A stretch of DNA of 37,927 nucleotides from positions 1-37,927 of the forward strand of contig JAYWDX010000188.1 in the NCBI GenBank assembly GCA_043779675.1. The letters run 5' to 3'. A program made the translations under genes and the position numbers. The stretch is from Candidatus Tenderia sp. Its GTDB lineage: Bacteria; Pseudomonadota; Gammaproteobacteria; Tenderiales; Tenderiaceae. Below the pieces are notes generated by a model, which saw only the letters and a program-made list of their open reading frames with translations, was not told the origin of the DNA and searched no databases. Shown piece after piece: positions 36,210 to 37,927 of the stretch. Numbering within the stretch: the first letter of the stretch is position 1; each line of letters starts with the position of its first letter.

Positions 36210-36300
36210 GTAGGTTGGGAAGAGCGCTTTTTGCGAAGCCCAACAGCGGAGTCTCTATTAGATCAGGCTGTTGGGCTTCATTTCATTCAGCCCAACCTAC
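36210..36300. repeat. REP-like nested inverted repeat
   Basis: Outer perfect 10-bp stem gtaggttggg (36210-36219) / cccaacctac (36291-36300). Inner perfect 13-bp stem gaagcccaacagc (36235-36247) / gctgttgggcttc (36267-36279). Alternative local GTTGGG/CCCAAC hairpins are possible in each arm. Confidence 0.7.
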
Positions 36301-36473
36301 GAGCTGTGTGCAGGCTCAGTGAAATGGCAGCGATAAAATGATTTTTAATTGGGCTCCGTCCCCATGTCGTTCTGCATACATACGATCCCTTTGACTCCTA
36401 ACTCTCGGCTCACGCGCCAGTTTGACGCTACGAAGCAGCAGAAAAGCGGTCACTGTGCAGCCGTTTGTTAGAC

Positions 36474-36575
36474 TCAGTCCGTAATGAACTCATCATCTTC
36501 AAGGTTTTTGTCCTCTGAGTCGAGCGGTGCCTTCCATGCGTCACCAACGATCTCTTTTATTCTATCTACAATCAT
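36474..36575 (-). CDS. Possible 33-aa acidic small ORF (MIVDRIKEIVGDAWKAPLDSEDKNLEDDEFITD)
   Basis: Open frame read by hand about 150 nt downstream of the ATPase stop. There is no convincing RBS and no recognisable family. Confidence 0.15.
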   Translation of the reverse strand: MIVDRIKEIVGDAWKAPLDSEDKNLEDDEFITD

Positions 36576-36721
36576 TGCTTCAGCGTTTCACCAGTGTTGT
36601 CGGCTCGCATCCAGCAAGCCTTTATGATGGCAAGAAATTAAGATACCACCCAATTCGTGACGGAATGCCGGGAAAGCCTTACACTTCTACCTAAAGGGAT
36701 TCTCGCGCCACCAGCGGTTAA

Positions 36722-37924
36722 TCAAGCCCCATCAATCCGCACGCGCAGCAATTTTGCCGAATTCAAAAACACTAAAACATCCGGGCCTAGATGCAGAAGA
36801 GCGGCTTCGATAGGGCCAATCCAGCCCATCAGCGCTGCCGTGATACCCAACACATGGACGACGCCCACGCCCACAAATAAATTCTCTTGAATGGTGCGAT
36901 AAGCGCGCCGGGCAATGGCGCGGGCGCTGACGATTTTAGATAAATCATCCGTCATCAAAACAATATCGGCGGCTTCCAGCGCGGCCTGGGTGCCACCGCC
37001 GCCCATCGCAATGCCCACATCCGCGCGTGCCAATGCGGGCGCATCGTTGATGCCGTCACCTATCATGGCGACGCGATGCCCTTGTTTTTTTAGCTCTTCG
37101 ATGGCTGTGACTTTGTCTTCCGGCAGCAAGTTGGCGCGCACCTCGTCCACACCTAATGCCGTGGCTACCGCGCGCGCTGTGGCTTCGTTGTCGCCAGTCA
37201 GCATCACGATGCGTTTGACGCCAGTTTGTTTCAACTTCATCAGCGCTTCGCGAGCACCCGGCCGCAACAAATCGGCGATAAAAATTACCCCCGCCAATTG
37301 TCCATCAACCGCCACATGAACTGGCGTTTGTCCGCCGTCTTCAATTGTCGTGGCCAGCGTTACACCGTTTTCACGCAGCAGCGCAGCATTGCCGACCAGG
37401 ATGGCGCGCCCCGAGACGGTTGCTATAACGCCCCGGCCTTGCACCTGCTCATATTGGTCCGGCTCCGGCACGGCAATCTGTTTAAGCGCTGCGTAATCCA
37501 CCACGGCTTTGGCCAATGGATGCGCTGAACGGCGGTCGGCGGCGGCAGCTAAACTTAATAATTCCATTTCAGAAAACCGTGTGCCGCGCACCTCCACACG
37601 AACCACTTCAGGCTTGTTTGCAGTCAGTGTGCCCGTCTTGTCAAAGACCATAACATCTACTTTAGCCAGCGACTCCAGATACAAGCCGCCCTTGACTAAA
37701 ATTCCATGACGGGCAGCCCGCGCAATGGCGGCGATCATCACCAAGGGCGTCGCCAGCCCCAGTTCGGCAGGCGAGGTAAAAATCAGCAACGTGACGATGG
37801 TACGCACGTCGCCCGTGACCATATAAACCACGATGAGAAATACAAAAACCACCGGTATTAGCCACGACGCAACTTTGTCGGCGAGTTTTTGCACGGGGGC
37901 TTGGGCCGCTTCGGCGTTTTCCAC
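36722..37924 (-). CDS. P1B-type (heavy-metal) P-type ATPase, C-terminal part; the ORF runs off the window
   Basis: DKTGTLT phosphorylation site, SAHPLAKAV (the HP motif of P1B pumps), MLTGDN and GDGINDAP. The transmembrane metal-site motif reads TSPAELGLATP where CPCALGLATP is expected. Confidence 0.9.
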   Translation of the reverse strand: MENAEAAQAPVQKLADKVASWLIPVVFVFLIVVYMVTGDVRTIVTLLIFTSPAELGLATPLVMIAAIARAARHGILVKGGLYLESLAKVDVMVFDKTGTLTANKPEVVRVEVRGTRFSEMELLSLAAAADRRSAHPLAKAVVDYAALKQIAVPEPDQYEQVQGRGVIATVSGRAILVGNAALLRENGVTLATTIEDGGQTPVHVAVDGQLAGVIFIADLLRPGAREALMKLKQTGVKRIVMLTGDNEATARAVATALGVDEVRANLLPEDKVTAIEELKKQGHRVAMIGDGINDAPALARADVGIAMGGGGTQAALEAADIVLMTDDLSKIVSARAIARRAYRTIQENLFVGVGVVHVLGITAALMGWIGPIEAALLHLGPDVLVFLNSAKLLRVRIDGA

Positions 37925-37927
37925 CAG

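Noticed and set aside
36301-36721. Possible gene remnants or a small gene in the spacer between the REP-like repeat and the ATPase, including a frame of about 46 codons on the minus strand and the 33-aa ORF at 36474-36575.
   Set aside because: The frames are short, lack ribosome-binding sites and match no family I recognise. The 33-aa ORF is listed only as a very low-confidence feature.
1-37927. CRISPR arrays, tRNA or rRNA genes, and defence-system gene sets (large ATPase, nuclease or helicase clusters).
   Set aside because: Reading all intergenic regions showed no regularly spaced direct repeats and no tRNA-like T-arm or acceptor patterns. Every large ORF is accounted for by a housekeeping, transport, signalling or IS family.

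Overview
About 38 kb of proteobacterial (gammaproteobacterium-like) chromosome, mostly housekeeping operons on both strands. I found no rRNA, tRNA or CRISPR array. All calls come from reading the ORF translations and the DNA by eye; no searches were run.

Gene content, left to right:
- pstC-pstA-pstB-phoU on the minus strand, with a Pho-box-like promoter and no pstS.
- A dead IS5-family element split by a fresh IS4-family insertion.
- A visibly AT-richer six-gene signalling island at 8.4-13.4 kb: OmpR-type response regulator, sensor-less histidine-kinase core, PhnD-like periplasmic binding protein, membrane PAS histidine kinase, a receiver that has lost its phospho-acceptor segment, and a CheY-like receiver.
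- A TatT-associated TRAP transporter (tatT-dctPQM).
- A periplasmic FKBP isomerase.
- The methionine-salvage genes mtnD and mtnC.
- A redoxin.
- A 235-bp MITE derived from the same IS5 family.
- An MltB-like transglycosylase.
- A translationally coupled pepN-DUF2797-tpm operon.
- An SLT-domain protein, an ICMT-like methyltransferase and sfsA.
- nhaA followed by a DUF502 gene.
- cysC and pyrD.
- An ABC-2 exporter pair, a PilZ protein and a thioredoxin-like protein.
- A sharply GC-richer EamA/DMT transporter with a His-rich tail.
- A REP-like nested inverted repeat.
- The C-terminal two thirds of a P1B-type ATPase whose metal-binding CPC motif reads SPA.

The best candidate for something undescribed is the signalling island. 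It is a binding-protein-linked, multi-component phosphorelay with two degenerate modules, sitting next to the pst operon and an IS nest. The Cys-free P1B ATPase with its His-tailed DMT neighbour is second.
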